Source: Balanoglossus misakiensis (Eukaryota; Animalia; Hemichordata). Taken from it: a stretch of DNA of 64,000 bases. The translations under genes were made by a program, and so were the position numbers. Numbering within the stretch: the first letter of the stretch is position 1; each line of letters starts with the position of its first letter. The notes under the pieces were generated by a model. The model was not told where the DNA came from. It searched no databases and saw only the letters and a program-made list of their open reading frames with translations. Below, piece after piece: positions 1 to 15,000 of the stretch. Location: NCBI GenBank assembly GCA_040954595.2, contig CM082594.2:4449319-4513318 (forward strand), read 5' to 3'.

Positions 1-1916
1 GTGCAAATTTCTCAGCATCGTACATGTGCTACGTGTCAACTTGCCATTTTCGTTCAATCAAACAATTGCATAACTACGACTTTCTCCTCAAATGCAACAC
101 ATAGCGCACATTTTACAGACTTTCCTCGTTTATATGCAATTATCCCAAAATAGCTTCAATCGTGTGGGGGTTGTAATTTGTTTCCTGTGATGGTCATATT
201 TTATTCATTATATCATGTTCTAATTTGTTCTTTCGATATATTCATGTACCTTCTAGCCAACTTTGGAAGTAACCCTTATGATTGCCATAAAACGCACGTG
301 ATTCCATTCCATATTTTTTTTACTCGATTCCGCGACGTCTAGACCATCCTATACCTCCCCGCACAGCTGGTATAGTGTATCTAGTGACGGTAGACGGTCG
401 CCAATTAATTTTGGCTGCAGCGTTTAATGATGTGCAATTCTGGCTTGCTGCGTTCGAAGGAATCCCCGATGCCTGTCAGGCACTTAATCCCATGAATTTG
501 TAACGACGTGGCGTGTAGTAGCACCGCTTTTAATTTGGCGCGTGGATTCCCCAGAACTGTGTTTTGACACCGGTTGTGAAACAAACGCACGTTTCGCGAT
601 GACACTTGGGGATAATGGAGAAGTAAGCGCCGTGTGTGTGTGACTCTTTGAGGCCAACTAATAGATAATCGCAAAAGCAAGGGGTATTTAGTATAACAAT
701 ACAAGACATCGTTTACTGCTATTTTCTGGTCTATTTCAAACGGATATAAATGTAGTCCCGGAAACATGCAGAATTCGCATGATAATTTCTGTTTGCTAAT
801 AAACTTTTACGCTATATTTCATATTTATAACAATTAATATCTCCACCGTTGGTCTGTCTGAGTGTCTGTCTGTCTGTTCCAATACGTCAAGTGCCCCTCC
901 AGTTAAGCCTTCAACTATCCCACAACCCACCTTGTTTCCAAGATGGCGGTAAAGACAAACCTCCCCTAAGTAAAGGATAAACATTTCTCTCGGGAGAGCC
1001 TGCACATAGAAGCGAATTCCGCCGGAAGGTCTGCAAGGAAAACCCATACAGTTTTTCCGAACGCCAGACAATCGGTATTGTTCACTGGTGGCAGGCAAAG
1101 TTTAAACCAGATTGCAAGCTCGGGCAATACATCTCTTCCCTTAATGTATCTCCCTCTAATGAAAATGCCAAATGAAACTTTGTGAACATTGAGACCCCCT
1201 TCGGAGTCCATCACAATAACATCACTGGCTCCTGCGTGTCCTACTTGTAGTAGAGTATCGTTTTTGGATTCTGCCATCTATACAGAAGATTAAATCCGCA
1301 GGGTAGAAAACATCAATGTTTGCGTCTTAAGGAATTCTCGGAATCAATTATATTAAAGGATTCTGGGAGAAAGGGATTAGGTAACTAGTACGCGGCAGCC
1401 ATCTTTGTTTTTTACCGGGCCAGTACATATAAGCAATTTAACGTTATTCAGTGACGCCAGGTTACCAAAGCGGCACAGTATAGCTCTAATCATTGACCAA
1501 CAGCAAAAAGTCCAACTTAGCAATCTTCTTCCACGGTGTAGTGAACAACATAGTCCCTTGTTCGTTTCGGCATTTTATACACAGTTGCCAATCACTATAC
1601 GAGGCTGCAGCTTTGCAAAAATGACCCGGTCTTTCAAAAGGCAAAACATGTGGAGGACAATTTACTTTCATATATAGAGATCCTAAATTATGGAATACTA
1701 CCCGCAAGATATCGGAAATTATTTTCAGCTAATGAACTAGGGTGAAAATTTATATCTACATACGCACAGAAAACATATATATTATTTATTTGTAAAATTG
1801 AAGCAAACCCTGTATTAGTTATAAAATATTTATTTTTGTGTGGAGACGGATAGTTTAGTCGTTTTCAAAATAATATTTCCTACTCTAGTTCCATATAAGT
1901 AATGTAAGCTTTATTT

Positions 1917-2003
<87 letters not shown>
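1917..2003. repeat. (ATC)n microsatellite
   Basis: Direct reading of the sequence. Confidence 0.97.
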
Positions 2004-2004
<1 letters not shown>

Positions 2005-5000
2005 CCACCACCACTGCCATCACCACCATCACTATCTGCATCCATATGTCAACCAAAAGTCCTCCATTGCAAAACATGAAAAAATAATGGCTATCTCACT
2101 GCGTGATAGCCCTCAGCTTGTATAGACAATCGATTGAATCCGTGACATTTCTTGTCAAACTGTATGTCATTTATTATAATGAAAACGTCGAGGCACGCAC
2201 GACCGAGGAAGTTTGCTGCAAACTCTACGGTTTAAATACGAGGACGGTCACCGGACTTTGCCGAGATTTTGAGTCATGGTTTGCACTGCCAAAAGTGTGG
2301 ATTCGTATACACTGTATATATATATTGTAGTGATATAAAATAATTAGCACGGAGATAGTGTATCTTTCTTTCACAAGTGGCCATGGCTGCTCTTGATTTC
2401 ATAACTTGGCATCTGTTATAACTTTAAGATGATAATCAGCGGTGACGTGTCTCAGCACCTTCCTAATTTGAATTTTAAAACATACTTCTGGTTGGTTGGA
2501 AAACAGTAAACAGGTGCTCGCAGATTTCCATTTGGAGCATGCTTGCGCCATTTTGTTGGAGAACTTGAAGCAAGACGCATCGTTGCGGAGTGTCTCCGCG
2601 TATTTTTACGCGACCAAAGCCGTCATATTTTACGGTAAGAGACCTCATGTTGTCGACAGGAAGACCTGAACCGCGGCCTACTACGGAAGGAGTTTCCTGT
2701 TCTTTCCCGCCGGAACTGTTGAACGTTACCGGAAATCGCGAATTCCGAACAAACAAGGCTGCTACTGTACTGACTCGTTTGGGGCGCCAGTGCGTCACGT
2801 GTGGACCACGAGAGAAACGCTTTCACTTGACGTGAAGTTGTTCGCACGGGTAAGCCCGCATGCCACAGCGCGCGTGTTGCGTTCAAAACGGAACCTGATA
2901 TGGACAATGCGTCATCATTCTGGTCTCTTTGCAACAACATTATTGGATTACCAATTTTTATAATGGATGCGACATCTGAAGATGCACTTTCTACCTATGA
3001 TATTTATTTTCTCTGTGAACAAACTTTTTTCCATGTGCGTGTATTGCGTGCGTGTATTGCGTCACCCTCGTTGTTTTCAATGTGTTGTTATTCATTGATT
3101 GTTACCAAACAACTCGGTTTACTTGACAGTAAACCGGACAGTTTTAACCACTAGAGACCAAGGTGGTAACCCAACATGAATCGGTGGTTGAAATTAATAG
3201 GCGTTGGTATAGAACGATAGAAACCAGGCATAAAGTAGTAGATCTGTATTAAGATTAACAGCTCTATTGTCATATTTCTTCAGTTCTGCAAACTTTGAGC
3301 ATTTTGTAAATTGTTATTTTTCAATTATTAATGTATATGTTGAGGCCGTATGCAATATTTAAGTCCACTCTGTTTGGATTCAATGAAAATGTATACTTTC
3401 ACCCAATGAAAATTTGCATTCGATGTTTGTATGTTTACAGGTTGGTTGGTTTTCATGGTACATTTTGGAGAGAAGTGACGTCTTGGAATATACCCTTTTG
3501 TGGATGGTATGACGTGCAACCACTTTTGTGCAGAATGTCCAGTTCGAGCCGAGGAGGAGTTTAGCGATAAGATTGGACTAAATATTACCATGGATGCATG
3601 CCGTGGATCTGCCCCCCCCTCCCCAAAGAAGTCGCAAAAATTCGTCATCGGCGCCCTGAAGTTTGTGGAATTACCCTCTGATCGACGTGGACTGGCACGA
3701 CGGATTGGAGATGCTCTACTGGGCCTTGGGTTGTTTGAGGTGAGTGCAATTTTGAGCGAGCGCCCGGGCGTTTAGTGATGCGTGATGCGTGATGCGCGGA
3801 CAGACAGTTAATGGGTGCGCGCAAACGGCCAATTTTTTAGCGGCGATTCGGTTTTGCTTTTGGCGCGGCGAAACATCCTTCAAAACGGCAGTTTTCTCAA
3901 CATATTGACACTGTATCCTCCGATATAAGACCTTCCACCCCTAGGTCCCTCTTTAAAGGTCCAACCTTACCATAGAAAACAATGGTGTGCACTTTTATCA
4001 ACAAATATGAAGAGCGTAGCCCATGACCACGAGCCAACACCTACTCGCTCGTCGTATAACCGCGTGGATTTTACAGTCAGCCAAAGACGACTTAAAAGAC
4101 GAATAAAATCACCTCCAGTGGATTGGCAAATCTCCAGGCCGTTTTAGCCCCAATTTGATCGACGCGTATATCCCTTCTGACGTATTCCGTTCATCGTGAC
4201 TCGCGCACTCAGAGAGAAAGAGAGAGAAAGCGTAATACCTGCGGGCAATTCACCGAGACCTTGACTGATTTTGACTTACTCTCTTTAGATTAATGGAACT
4301 TGGGGATTTTTTCTTTATCGGTTAGCTTAAATTTCAAAGGTTTGTCTGTTCCAGCGTGCCCCACATGATATAACGCCATTAAGTGAACCTGGCTGCCTGG
4401 CATATACAGGCACTACACAAAACACGCCTAGCGCGGCCACCATTGCCCTAAATAGGGTTTCCTGTAGTTTCTGAAACTGCCCTTTAAAAGAAATGACGCC
4501 TGTTTTGTTCCAAATCATTAAATCAAGAAGATTCTGGAGTGACTGTGCTACAATCAAGTGGCTTTCTGGCATTCACCTTGTGATATTTTGATATTTGCCT
4601 GCATTTATATTATGATTGTGATAAATGTGGAACAGGACGATTTTGCTGTATTTGAACATGGGTCCATAAAGACGCTGTGATGTCTGTATATCTTCATTCA
4701 CTGGATTTCGCTGTGCCTGGAATTGTGGTGTGGTCTACTTTTTGTCGCTTGGCTCTTACGTTTTACTCTAACATATAACCGCAAGGCTGTCGAATATATT
4801 GAGTGTGGGATGGGTCCTTGGAATCTTATCGTCTGTCTCAAACACAACACTCCATTTCTAGTGTGTTGCTATAGTAGTTTGTGTTAAAACAGTGATACCT
4901 CCACTCAGGCACATATACGACTACGACTAGTATAAATCTCGATATCGATAACTTATGTATGCCTTAATTACTAACAAGGATTCCCTACGCGGGTCTCATG

Positions 5001-5072
5001 GACTGATCATGCCCACGTGGGCGGATTGTCATGATATGTCAGTGTATGGAAATAAGAAACAGTATAGTGAAT

Positions 5073-5203
5073 ATACATACATACATACATACATACATAC
5101 ATACATACATACATACATACATACATACATACATACATACATACATACATACATACATACATACATACATACATACATACATACATACATACATACACAC
5201 ATA

Positions 5204-5286
<83 letters not shown>
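5073..5286. repeat. Compound (ATAC)n-(AC)n microsatellite
   Basis: Direct reading of the sequence. Confidence 0.97.
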
Positions 5287-5291
<5 letters not shown>

Positions 5292-8200
5292 TCCGTACGA
5301 CATACAGGTCGTGTGTTTAGCACGCGAGCTATAAAAAGTCGGTAAGAGAAATAAAAACTCTTCAGACTGCTTGATGCAAATGTCTGGAGGCAAACTTGTC
5401 ACAAAATTGAAAAGGTGGGCTGTTCCGCGAAATGAAAAACCGGATAATGCGTAAATCATTCAGCGACGTCATTGAAATTAGGAAGGTAATCCGAAGCCAA
5501 GGCAACAAACGACGGAGAAATTGTCATGGTGCTAGTATTACTAAATGGGAAAAGTATTAAAGAATAGTAGTCCCCCAAGCTGCTCAATTCTTTGCTATAT
5601 TTAAGTGCGTGGGAAGCATTTTCGAAAGAAGAAAATTTCAAAGTTTTATTTTAAAAATAAATAAAAATCACTTATTTGAATTTTCTCCACAGAGATATTG
5701 ATAATATAGAGATTCGCGGCTGTTGCATTCATTTTTTTGCACGGTGAACGCCAGTTGTATTTAAATCTTGTAAGAGAGAATGGTCTTAAGTTGCCTTGAG
5801 CAAAATATGAGAAAAATAGTTTGATATTCGAGGCGAATACTATGCACATTTTGAATTTGGACCTGATAGCCAAAGTAACAGAAACATGAATAGTGTGTAA
5901 AGAGATGAAAAAAACGTCCATGAGCAACATCAAGGGACATCGTACACAATTATTCATATTTCCATGGCCACAATGTATGGGTATTATCGTAAAATGGCTA
6001 TAAATAACCATATGTCTGTATTTGCCGAAGACACTGTATGGAGCCACGAGGCTTGTCATTTCTTTCCATTCGCCCGGGGTAGGGTACTTCCGCCATGGAT
6101 ATTTTTTTCAATGGTGTCAATTTCCCGATGATCAGTAACACAGTAATTTTGATGCCTGCTCTAGTTATATGCTTCAGCAAGAACGAGAGATCAGATTTGT
6201 AACGAATGTAGCGTAGTGTTGTATTCTGAATATAGAAACATTATCCTACACGCAATTGTGTGTATTATAACGTAGAGTGAGGCTTGAAAACGAAACAAAG
6301 TGATGGCCAATAATTATGCGAGGATGCTAATAATGACTTAGATGGTGCAAGAATTCAAACATGCGTTTCTGTTTATTTTAAGGAGTAGGGGATATCGGTT
6401 CTAGCTTATATAAGCTCTCCTCTATCTCCAGAAAACACATTATAAAGCCAGGTTTATCGTGCAAGGTCTTCAAACGGTTATAATACAGTGTTATTTAGGA
6501 TTAATACGAGTGGACAGTAGTAATCTTGGCCCTATTATTTCCCCTTGATTTGTCTCGAAATTACCTTGACGTTCTTTACCTGGGAAATTCAAGAGGCCTT
6601 TCCCCGTGGGATTTTAGAATCTCGTCAGAATAACCGGCTGTTCATGATATACACCCAACTTGAATTATGTAGAACGAGAAAATCAGGTTTCATAGGTCTG
6701 TGAGAGATGCATTACCTGAATTATCTATTTCTGTCGCACTGCAAAGGAAATCAAAGGAGGGCGAATTAACAGGGCTCAGTATACACAGCTAGGAAATTGG
6801 AACATGCATTCTTTATTGCGTTGGGTTGACCACAATAACGAAGATGAAACCACGCATGCGCCATTTAAAATTATTAATGGAGACAACATATTTTTTTTTC
6901 CTTTTAACTTGGAAAATGGCGTAAAAAGGCAATTTCATACTACTAAAAATGTGTACGAGTGTGTGAACTTTAATAAAAATTGAAACAGGCACATATAAAA
7001 CCACCCAAATAGGTCTAAATAGATAGAACTAAAGAGTCTGTTCTACTACAGAAATTTGAAATTTTAACGACTTAAGGGGCTCTATGAACTGTGAATACTA
7101 GTCTGCAGCTAGTGGTGCGTGAAGTACATATATTCACTTTTTTACAATTCAACGGCAACAGTATCTAAATCAGTACGGTACGCCCAGGGCTAAAACACAG
7201 CGTTATCTGTGCGTGCTTCCGTTCAAATTTCATCCAGGCAACCCACTCCACCAAAATACATTGGCTTTAGGGAGATGATAGTAACGAACACGTTTCACTG
7301 CACGGTCGGCGCCCATGGCGAGTGCGATTTCTGATAAAGTAACAATCCACTCCCTGGCACTTAAAAACGTGACAATGAAGAGAGGCGGTCTGCTCGTCTA
7401 TAGCCTATACTCACTGTACATGTCTACATTGTGAATTGGTGAAAACGAAAGTATGATTACATGTCTTGAGGGAGAAATAGGATCCGTATCTTCTTTGTGC
7501 AGCATTTTGTTACAGTTTCGAAGCATAGACCTTCAACCCTTACAATCGAGAGAAGTTTTGGGGCGATCAAGACATTTTAATGTTTGGTTTCATTCGTTTG
7601 ACAAAGCTCCAGTTTTTTATGCTATTCGCCCCCTTTTTGCACTAGTTAAAATGATGAGTTTTTTTGTGCTTGAACACGGCGATTTCCCCGTCCCGCCGGA
7701 AACGTTCTATACTTTGGCTCGATATCTTGCTGTGTTATCTGGGGATCACTCACATAGATGTTCTTACGGCCGTGGCTTCGACAAAGACGTGTGATGTTGA
7801 GGAAACATCACAATCGCCGTTCAGAATAACACCACGCGGAAGCCGAATTGGTGTTCTTTGGTGGAGAAGCGGCTGCAATCTTTGAAATTGTGCATATATG
7901 TCCCGTGGGCCCATAGCAAATTAGGAGCGTGTGCAAATTGCGGCGAGGGGCGCGCATGTGCATGTAGAGGTCTGGTTGGAGAGTTCTCCTTTCGACTTCG
8001 TGACAACCATCTGCATATTTATAACACATTTTCTTTCAGTATTCTTGAGCTTCGTTTTTAAAGACGGACGTCAGGCCAACCTGCCCAAATGTTTGGCCTG
8101 ATATTTTTGAAACTACGTCTTTTTTTTACATTTTTGACCGTCAGAAAGAATGCCCTGTATGGTCGAATATGGTATATCTGTGATGCCGTTAACAATTCTA

Positions 8201-9063
8201 ACATTACGTCATACAGATGGTTCAGAAACGATTTGCACGTCTTGATCATTAGATATTTGAATAAACTGTTTGTGGTTCTATATATTTCATTTGTATAGCA
8301 AAGCCACGTGATTTAGATCCAATCCAATCGCTTTTTTATTTCGAGTCGTCGTTTTATTGTTTTTCCGACAAGCCGACCCATTTTGTACGGCAGGAAACAA
8401 AATATACGGCAAACCCTTGTAATGGCGGCCGCCGGTTGAATACACACAATGCGCATGTCAAAAGAATTGCAGTAAAGGTAAATGGATTGCAAGGACCCCG
8501 ATTCTTCTGTCAGATTTAATCAGATTGCCCTTCAAAGCATAATTCCGCGCGAAGACTTCCCTAAGTCTCTGTAACCCGCTTTACAAGATGAAGACCCTAG
8601 ATACAGAGCCCATTTTTTTTTACATTTGCTCCATCTGATCTTCCGAGTTAATCAATAACGTCTCGGATGGCTGATACCGCGCCGCAGTGGTCGTAAATAT
8701 GTATATTTTGAGAAGTTGTGTAAACGAAGGAAGATTTAATGTTGAATGATGACAGAAGGGCATTCGCCTGTTTTTATGATGGAATTTTAAAGTATTTTAT
8801 TCTTCCCGTGGTGTTTCCCTTGCCGGCATTGTCTACGAGTTGTCAGTTTTTCTTTTGTTTTTGTTGGTGATTTCCCGTGTAATCAGAAAAGGAATTCTAG
8901 ATTGCAAAACGAAGGTCATAGGTGTGCAGCGTTCTTGTAATCTGTTTATGTGAATATGTCGTTTGTATTGTCTGACTGTCTTGCTTTCCGAATTCCGAAT
9001 GTATTGGAAAATGTACTGTACATTTATCGCATCGTATCGTTTCGTATTGTACTGTATTGCATT

Positions 9064-9100
9064 GTAGTGTAGTGTAGTGAAGTGTAGTGTAGTGTAGTGT
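9064..9100. repeat. (GTAGT)n pentanucleotide repeat
   Basis: Direct reading of the sequence. Confidence 0.85.
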
Positions 9101-12020
9101 GGTGTTTTGCATCATTTCCCACAACCTACCCGAGTCAATTTACGTCCCCGGTTTGACGCTAAACAGCATTTAAAGAGTGGTAAATTACAATCATTCGACT
9201 TCGTCGGGCCCACTGATGTTTTCCCCCGATAAAGTAGAATGAACTGCCGCGCTGTAATTGTCCGCGGCGGGAACGACGAAATAGCCAACTAATCACTGTG
9301 ACCTCGCTGCTTATAATAAAAAAGGACGCGCGTCGGAGACCTCAGACGAGAGAGCCATCAATAACGCGTTGATAGAATCGTCATCATCATCGCAGTGATG
9401 GGGGAGGCTTTGTCCTCGGCAACCAAATCTCGATCGCGACGCGTTAATACGATTCCAGTGAGATTTCATGTGAGATTAAATGATTCCATCGCGATCAATT
9501 GACTCGATAAGCACAGGAATCGGATTTTGTCTGAACGAGCTTTACTTCCCTGGAAGGTTTATCGGAATCTGTCGCGTCAGAACCTATCAACGACAAAAAG
9601 AGTGTCGTCTACTCTATAGACGGGCATATTCAGCGTACAATGTACATGAATTGATGAAAATCGTACCCTCCATATACATTGTACATGTACATCGCGTACT
9701 ATAAAGACGTACACAGTGACATGATATTAATGTGTAAACGAAATTTGACCTTTCAAGATGTTTTTCTCGGTGAAAATTGGTAATTTACGAAATATGGAAA
9801 GGCATGCAGCACGCGTGTGATTGGGTAGTACCTTCTATGGCTTCCCAATGCTGTTCTTGTTGCTTTGTTGGTATTTCATGGTGGATGGACCTTGGGGAGA
9901 TGGCCTTGAGGTATCACGCATATTTAGCCTATCCCCGAGTGGCAGTTGCATGTAGAATTCACTAAATGTGGTGCGCTTGGGATTTTTATACGTCAGTTCG
10001 TTCACAATACACGGTGATTGCGCATGTGATTGGTCAAAGTATATCATTTAACTGTATTAGCGTTGCAGTAGACCTTTCATCTGAGGGAATTTCATCCAAG
10101 CCAACATAACGTTGACATTGATCGTTTCCGTCATGGTTTTTCATCTAGGTTTCGGTATTACTGCGCGGTGGAGTTCCATCGCCCCCCCCCCCCCTTCCCC
10201 CCTGTGAAATCACTGAAGCGAATAACACTGTATACAGCCATTCTCATACAGGTGCAGATTTAAAATCCCGCAGTCACTTCCAATTTTATGATATTTGAAT
10301 TTTAGAAGTGGTTATCAAGTTAGCGTCGCTGTAAAATGAATCTGTTGCACTGATTTTCTTTTCGTTCGTATTGCATTCCGACCGACGAATTCTTGAACTA
10401 TGCAACCTGACATCTCCCGTTCCTTGAATACTTTGCGCCCCCACGCGACATTCTCGTGTCGATGAATCGATTACGGTCTTGCATTCTGCGGACTTCTCGC
10501 CGTGGTATTCGCTCACGTGTGTGTTTTTTTCTGTCCACCCATCATGTCATGTTTGGAATAGCAATTTGGCAAATGCAGTTTCATTCCTACGACAGATCCA
10601 CTTAAAACATTATTTGGCTTCGCGGGGTCGAGATTAAACTCGCAGACTGCAAAGTACAGTTACTCTGTACCGTATGTATAATCAGCGAGTTCCCGAGGGT
10701 GCAAGAAAGGGCAAGAACTTGTAAGGAAGTCTCTCTTTTCGACGTGTTTCGACATCGTTAAACCCGACAATACAGACGATAGGTTCTGACTAGCCTCGCC
10801 TATACGTGGTAACTTGCAATCCATGACCATCACCATCATCATCCACCAAACGGGGGTCAAAGGTCGTGTCGATTGTTCATGCCCGTTGTTTTATTTTACA
10901 GTTTCGTTTTCGGTGAGCATTTTTTTCAACAATGAAAAAAAACACAAACTCAAAACAATAGGTCTCATTGTATTAGAACTTTATTTTTCGCTAAAAATAA
11001 CATGTTAAATCCCATGATTCCCAAAAGTAAAAATTGACAGTCAAAATGTTATGATATCTAATAGTATTTTCCTATTCCAAATTCAGTTATTGTTTTTTTG
11101 TCCTAAAAAACACTCCCTAAACCTACCTCAGCAAGTCTCGTTAATTATATTATCACACATGGAAAATAGGAAATATTTAAAAAGATAGATCCGTTTTTGT
11201 GTAGATAAAAACACTATCAATACGATTGTTTAATTTCTACATAAAATAGCTCGAGTAAACTTAATGTATTAACTATATCCAATTAAATGACAGTAAAACG
11301 GCTTCCTGGGTTATTTCAGATCATTTGTGAAAAATCTAATTTTTTATCTGTTTGACATTTTTCTCACTATGTTATCCGTCCTTTTAACAATTATGTTGCG
11401 CACTGTGCGTGGTCGTGTCCATCAACTATGTCTCGAGAACTTTTCACACGAGCTTTCCAAATGCATATACACTGGTCAGCATTTGAGCAACGCTTGATTC
11501 CAAGGGACCATTCCACCAACCTTATCTATCCACGCTCCCTCTTTCAAAAATGCCACTGGCTAAATACAACTTTACTAATTATATACCCTAGGGTCTATTA
11601 ATAGTCTGCCCAAACTGTTTTAATGCATTGAACATTTTATGGAGATTAAAGACAATTTCATCATAATGAGGAAAAAAATATTTCGAGTACTATTGTCAAA
11701 CTCAACGTGAAAACGCAGAAATGCCTTAACATGCGTGTCTTCTCGTCCGACGAAGGGAGTGTTTGCCCTACAATTGTTTACTCTATAATTAAATTTATTT
11801 CAATTTCGATTTCCCTTATATGAAACAAATACAGCAGTGATCGTTTAGGTTTAAGCCGGATTATTGATCCCGTGCACGTATAATATCGATATTTTTTTAC
11901 AGTATCATCGAACGACTCTCTTTAAAAGTTAAAAAATACAAATCTATTTTCGTGTGGGTTTTTTTAAGTGGCAAAGAAGTCGTTGAAAAGCGGCTATCGC
12001 TACGGGTGATTTTTTCTCTC

Positions 12021-15000
12021 TCAGGCCTTCTGGGTGCTTGTTGTTGTGGTGACCACAACAGGGCGTCCCTGGGCGGCTCGCAGCTGGGGAAGTAAACAAG
12101 ACAAAAGCATCGTGGGTTAAGAGGACAATACTATGGAACTTACGTCACTGTCTTCAATGAACCCGTCACGTTTATATTGTGGAATGCGGTAATTTTAACA
12201 CATAGCGCAAGAATTTCTGAGGAACTCCTATTGTGATACAGACCTACTACGCGCCTCCTGTACATATTTTCAGAAAAAAATGATAGACTTCCAAATCTTT
12301 CAATTCTGTGGTACATTAAAGTGATCGAGACGTCATTTTGAAACCAAAGAAGACATCATGGTGTTCACCGTTTTGTTTTCATAAAATCACTACAATTGTT
12401 ATCTATACAGTTAACTCAGAGATTGACGAGGTCAAATAGGTGTTTTGTATGACGGTCGCATTGACTTGCCTGGCTACCGACGTAGAGGGCCTGTTTACTC
12501 TTAGCTACCTACCTGGGCGTAGTAATCCGCGGTGCCACGCCCTTCTTTCAGTTCTTGATACTGTGACAACACGCACAGGAAACAGTATATCTGCAGAAAG
12601 ATCAACACGTATAACTGAGAATACTAGTGTTTTTAATGTTGTTTGTTTCAAAGGAATCGAGATCGAGACACTGTGCAAAGTGCTGTAGTAAAAGACTTGG
12701 ATTTTTGAGACTGCCGTGTAACATCTCGGCCACCATACAATATACTGTTGTCTTATACTGCAGTGACCATGTCAAGGAATTGCTTGTAAGCCTTATTCGG
12801 AGCAAATCTATCCACTTATGGCTATTTTGAAGGAAGAGCGTTTATCATTAGTGTAAAGTACACGACGAATTGAGGTCTTGCCAATATGCCACAACAAAAT
12901 TTGTAAGATAAAATGACAGAATAATTTGGATTGTGTTCAATGACCGAGTTACATATTCTTTGTACCACTTTTTGTACCAAGATGGCGCCACCATCTATCG
13001 GGTGTTCGTACTAGAAAAGCCAATATCAGTTGAGGAATTTCACTAAAAATGTCTGGTTACTTACGTTGAAGATCGTGAACAGGATGAAGAGTATGATATT
13101 AAGAACAGAAAACCAAGAATTGATACCCTGAAAGGGAAATACGGCCACTATACATTATCGGAATTAAGGGATTTATTTTATAGATGTGTGTGTAATGTTT
13201 CGTGACTCTATGTATACAACGTCCAGCACACCACAGCAAATCCAACCTCGAGTTTGAGACTCAGTTGCTCATCTGTTGCTATGTGACTTGTGATCGCAGA
13301 AAGAATATTCCCGCGTGACCATCTCTTAGCAATAATTAGAAATGTAAAGAAGTCGCACGCACAGTGTGCACAATCAATAACGACAAAATGCTTTTAGAGA
13401 CCAAAGTGAACTCTAGGCAAACTGCGTCAATGCTGATCGGTGCTTACTTAAAGAGACGAAGTCTCTCTCGCTGCCTTATACAATTAATTATGTTTGATAC
13501 AAGACACGGTTTATCTTAATGTACATGTGCATATGTAGTGAATGAAAGTTTAACCACACACAACTTCCATCCCGTTTGTATTATAAGAGAGTACAAACTC
13601 GCCCAAAATGAATAAATGGTAGAGACCGATTATTCATTTTGGCGAGTTTTTCACTCTCTTGTCTATAAGAGGGATGGAAGTTGTGTGTGGTTGAACATTG
13701 ATTCACTATATATCCACATGTAGAATAACATAAACGGTGTCTTGAATCAAACATAATTAATATAAACAGGGCAGCGATAGAGAGACTTTTTCCCTTTAAT
13801 AGTTTGTGTACTTACCCCATAAATAACCATGACGATGAGGGTGATCAGCTGGAAAATGATGTAGATAGGCATGAAGATAAGCCATGGGATGTAGAATCCC
13901 ATTTTGTCCTGGAATCAATCATACCAAAGAAGTTATTAGTCGATCTGCAAAACTACTGAAAATGGTTAGCTGTGATTTCATCGTTGGTTTCAAGTGGTAT
14001 CGTCAGGAATGACGTCATAACGAGATTGGTGGAGTGATGAACGGATTAATGGATGGATAGATTTCTGATTTATCGGTCGGTCGGTTGGTCGGTCAGTCGG
14101 TTGGTTGGTTGGTCGGTCGGTCGGTCGGTCGGTCGGTCGGTCGGTCGATGGGTGGACGTCAAACACATTGAGGTCAATGTCATGAATATTAAGTGAACGT
14201 AACCCCACCTTCAGGGCACCAACGATGAGAATGATTGACACAATCAACAGTCCCAGGTAGAGCAGTAGCCTTATGATCGTCGAAACGATGACACCTGTAC
14301 GAGAAGTAAAAACATGGGCGCAATTAGCAGTCGTCAGCGGATGTGACGTCACCGTCAGCGGATGTGACATCACCATCTTTATATTTACAAGATTTGCGCT
14401 ATTCACCTGGTAAAAAGTTGCCAAATGTTGCTTTTGATGGTTTAAGTGTATTCGTGTGTTCCAGATGGATTTTATTTTCTTATCGTGTGATTCATTAATT
14501 ATAAAATGTAACTGATCTGGTCTGGACACGTCTGATTGGTTCTGTTTTATGCTTGAGCCAAAAAAGGGGTATGTCGTGTTACGAGAAAACGTAAAAAATA
14601 TAAGTCACTGCCAAAGTATTGAGGCGAAGCCAAGATCTAAGTGGAAACAAAGTAATTACTTAGTGACGTCGTTGAGGGCGAGTGATCTCTGCCCAAGTTT
14701 GATGAAGACCATAGGCAACCAAGTTTTGTGTCGCAAATTTTGATTATTAAAGATAGGTTACAGGATTTTAAATCCGTGGTAAAAATATACCTACCTTCTT
14801 GATTTCCGCTGCCAACCAGAGTGGAAATGGCGATCAACAGATAGACCGATGCTAGAATCTGATGGAAAACCACAAGTGGCACGTGATACATGTAAGGCCA
14901 AGCGAAATCATTGACGGTGATTGAGATAACATGCTTTCAAAGATTCGGGAAGAAAGGTAGTAAAACTATTTTCTAGATAGTTCTTTCTGGTATTAAATAT

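Noticed and set aside
405-1277. Chain of three minus-strand ORFs (103, 100 and 120 aa), with an AG directly before the ATG at 1277
   Set aside because: No recognisable motif; they need frameshifts to join. Could be a decayed gene or TE, but this is unsupported without a homology search.
2900-2945. Peptide DNASSFWSLCNNI resembles NTATSFWNLCNDI on the minus strand near 40570-40610
   Set aside because: The similarity covers only about 13 aa and the flanks do not align convincingly; likely chance.
4955-5459. ORFs with HTYI, CMYV or poly-M/H/D/N/V/L runs (also at 1880, 27116, 34221, 47396)
   Set aside because: They are translations of microsatellites, not genes.
14332-14374. 21-bp tandem duplication containing TGACGTCA near the exon 3 acceptor of the 4-TM gene
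   Set aside because: A simple slippage duplication; a single CRE-like 8-mer is not evidence of function.
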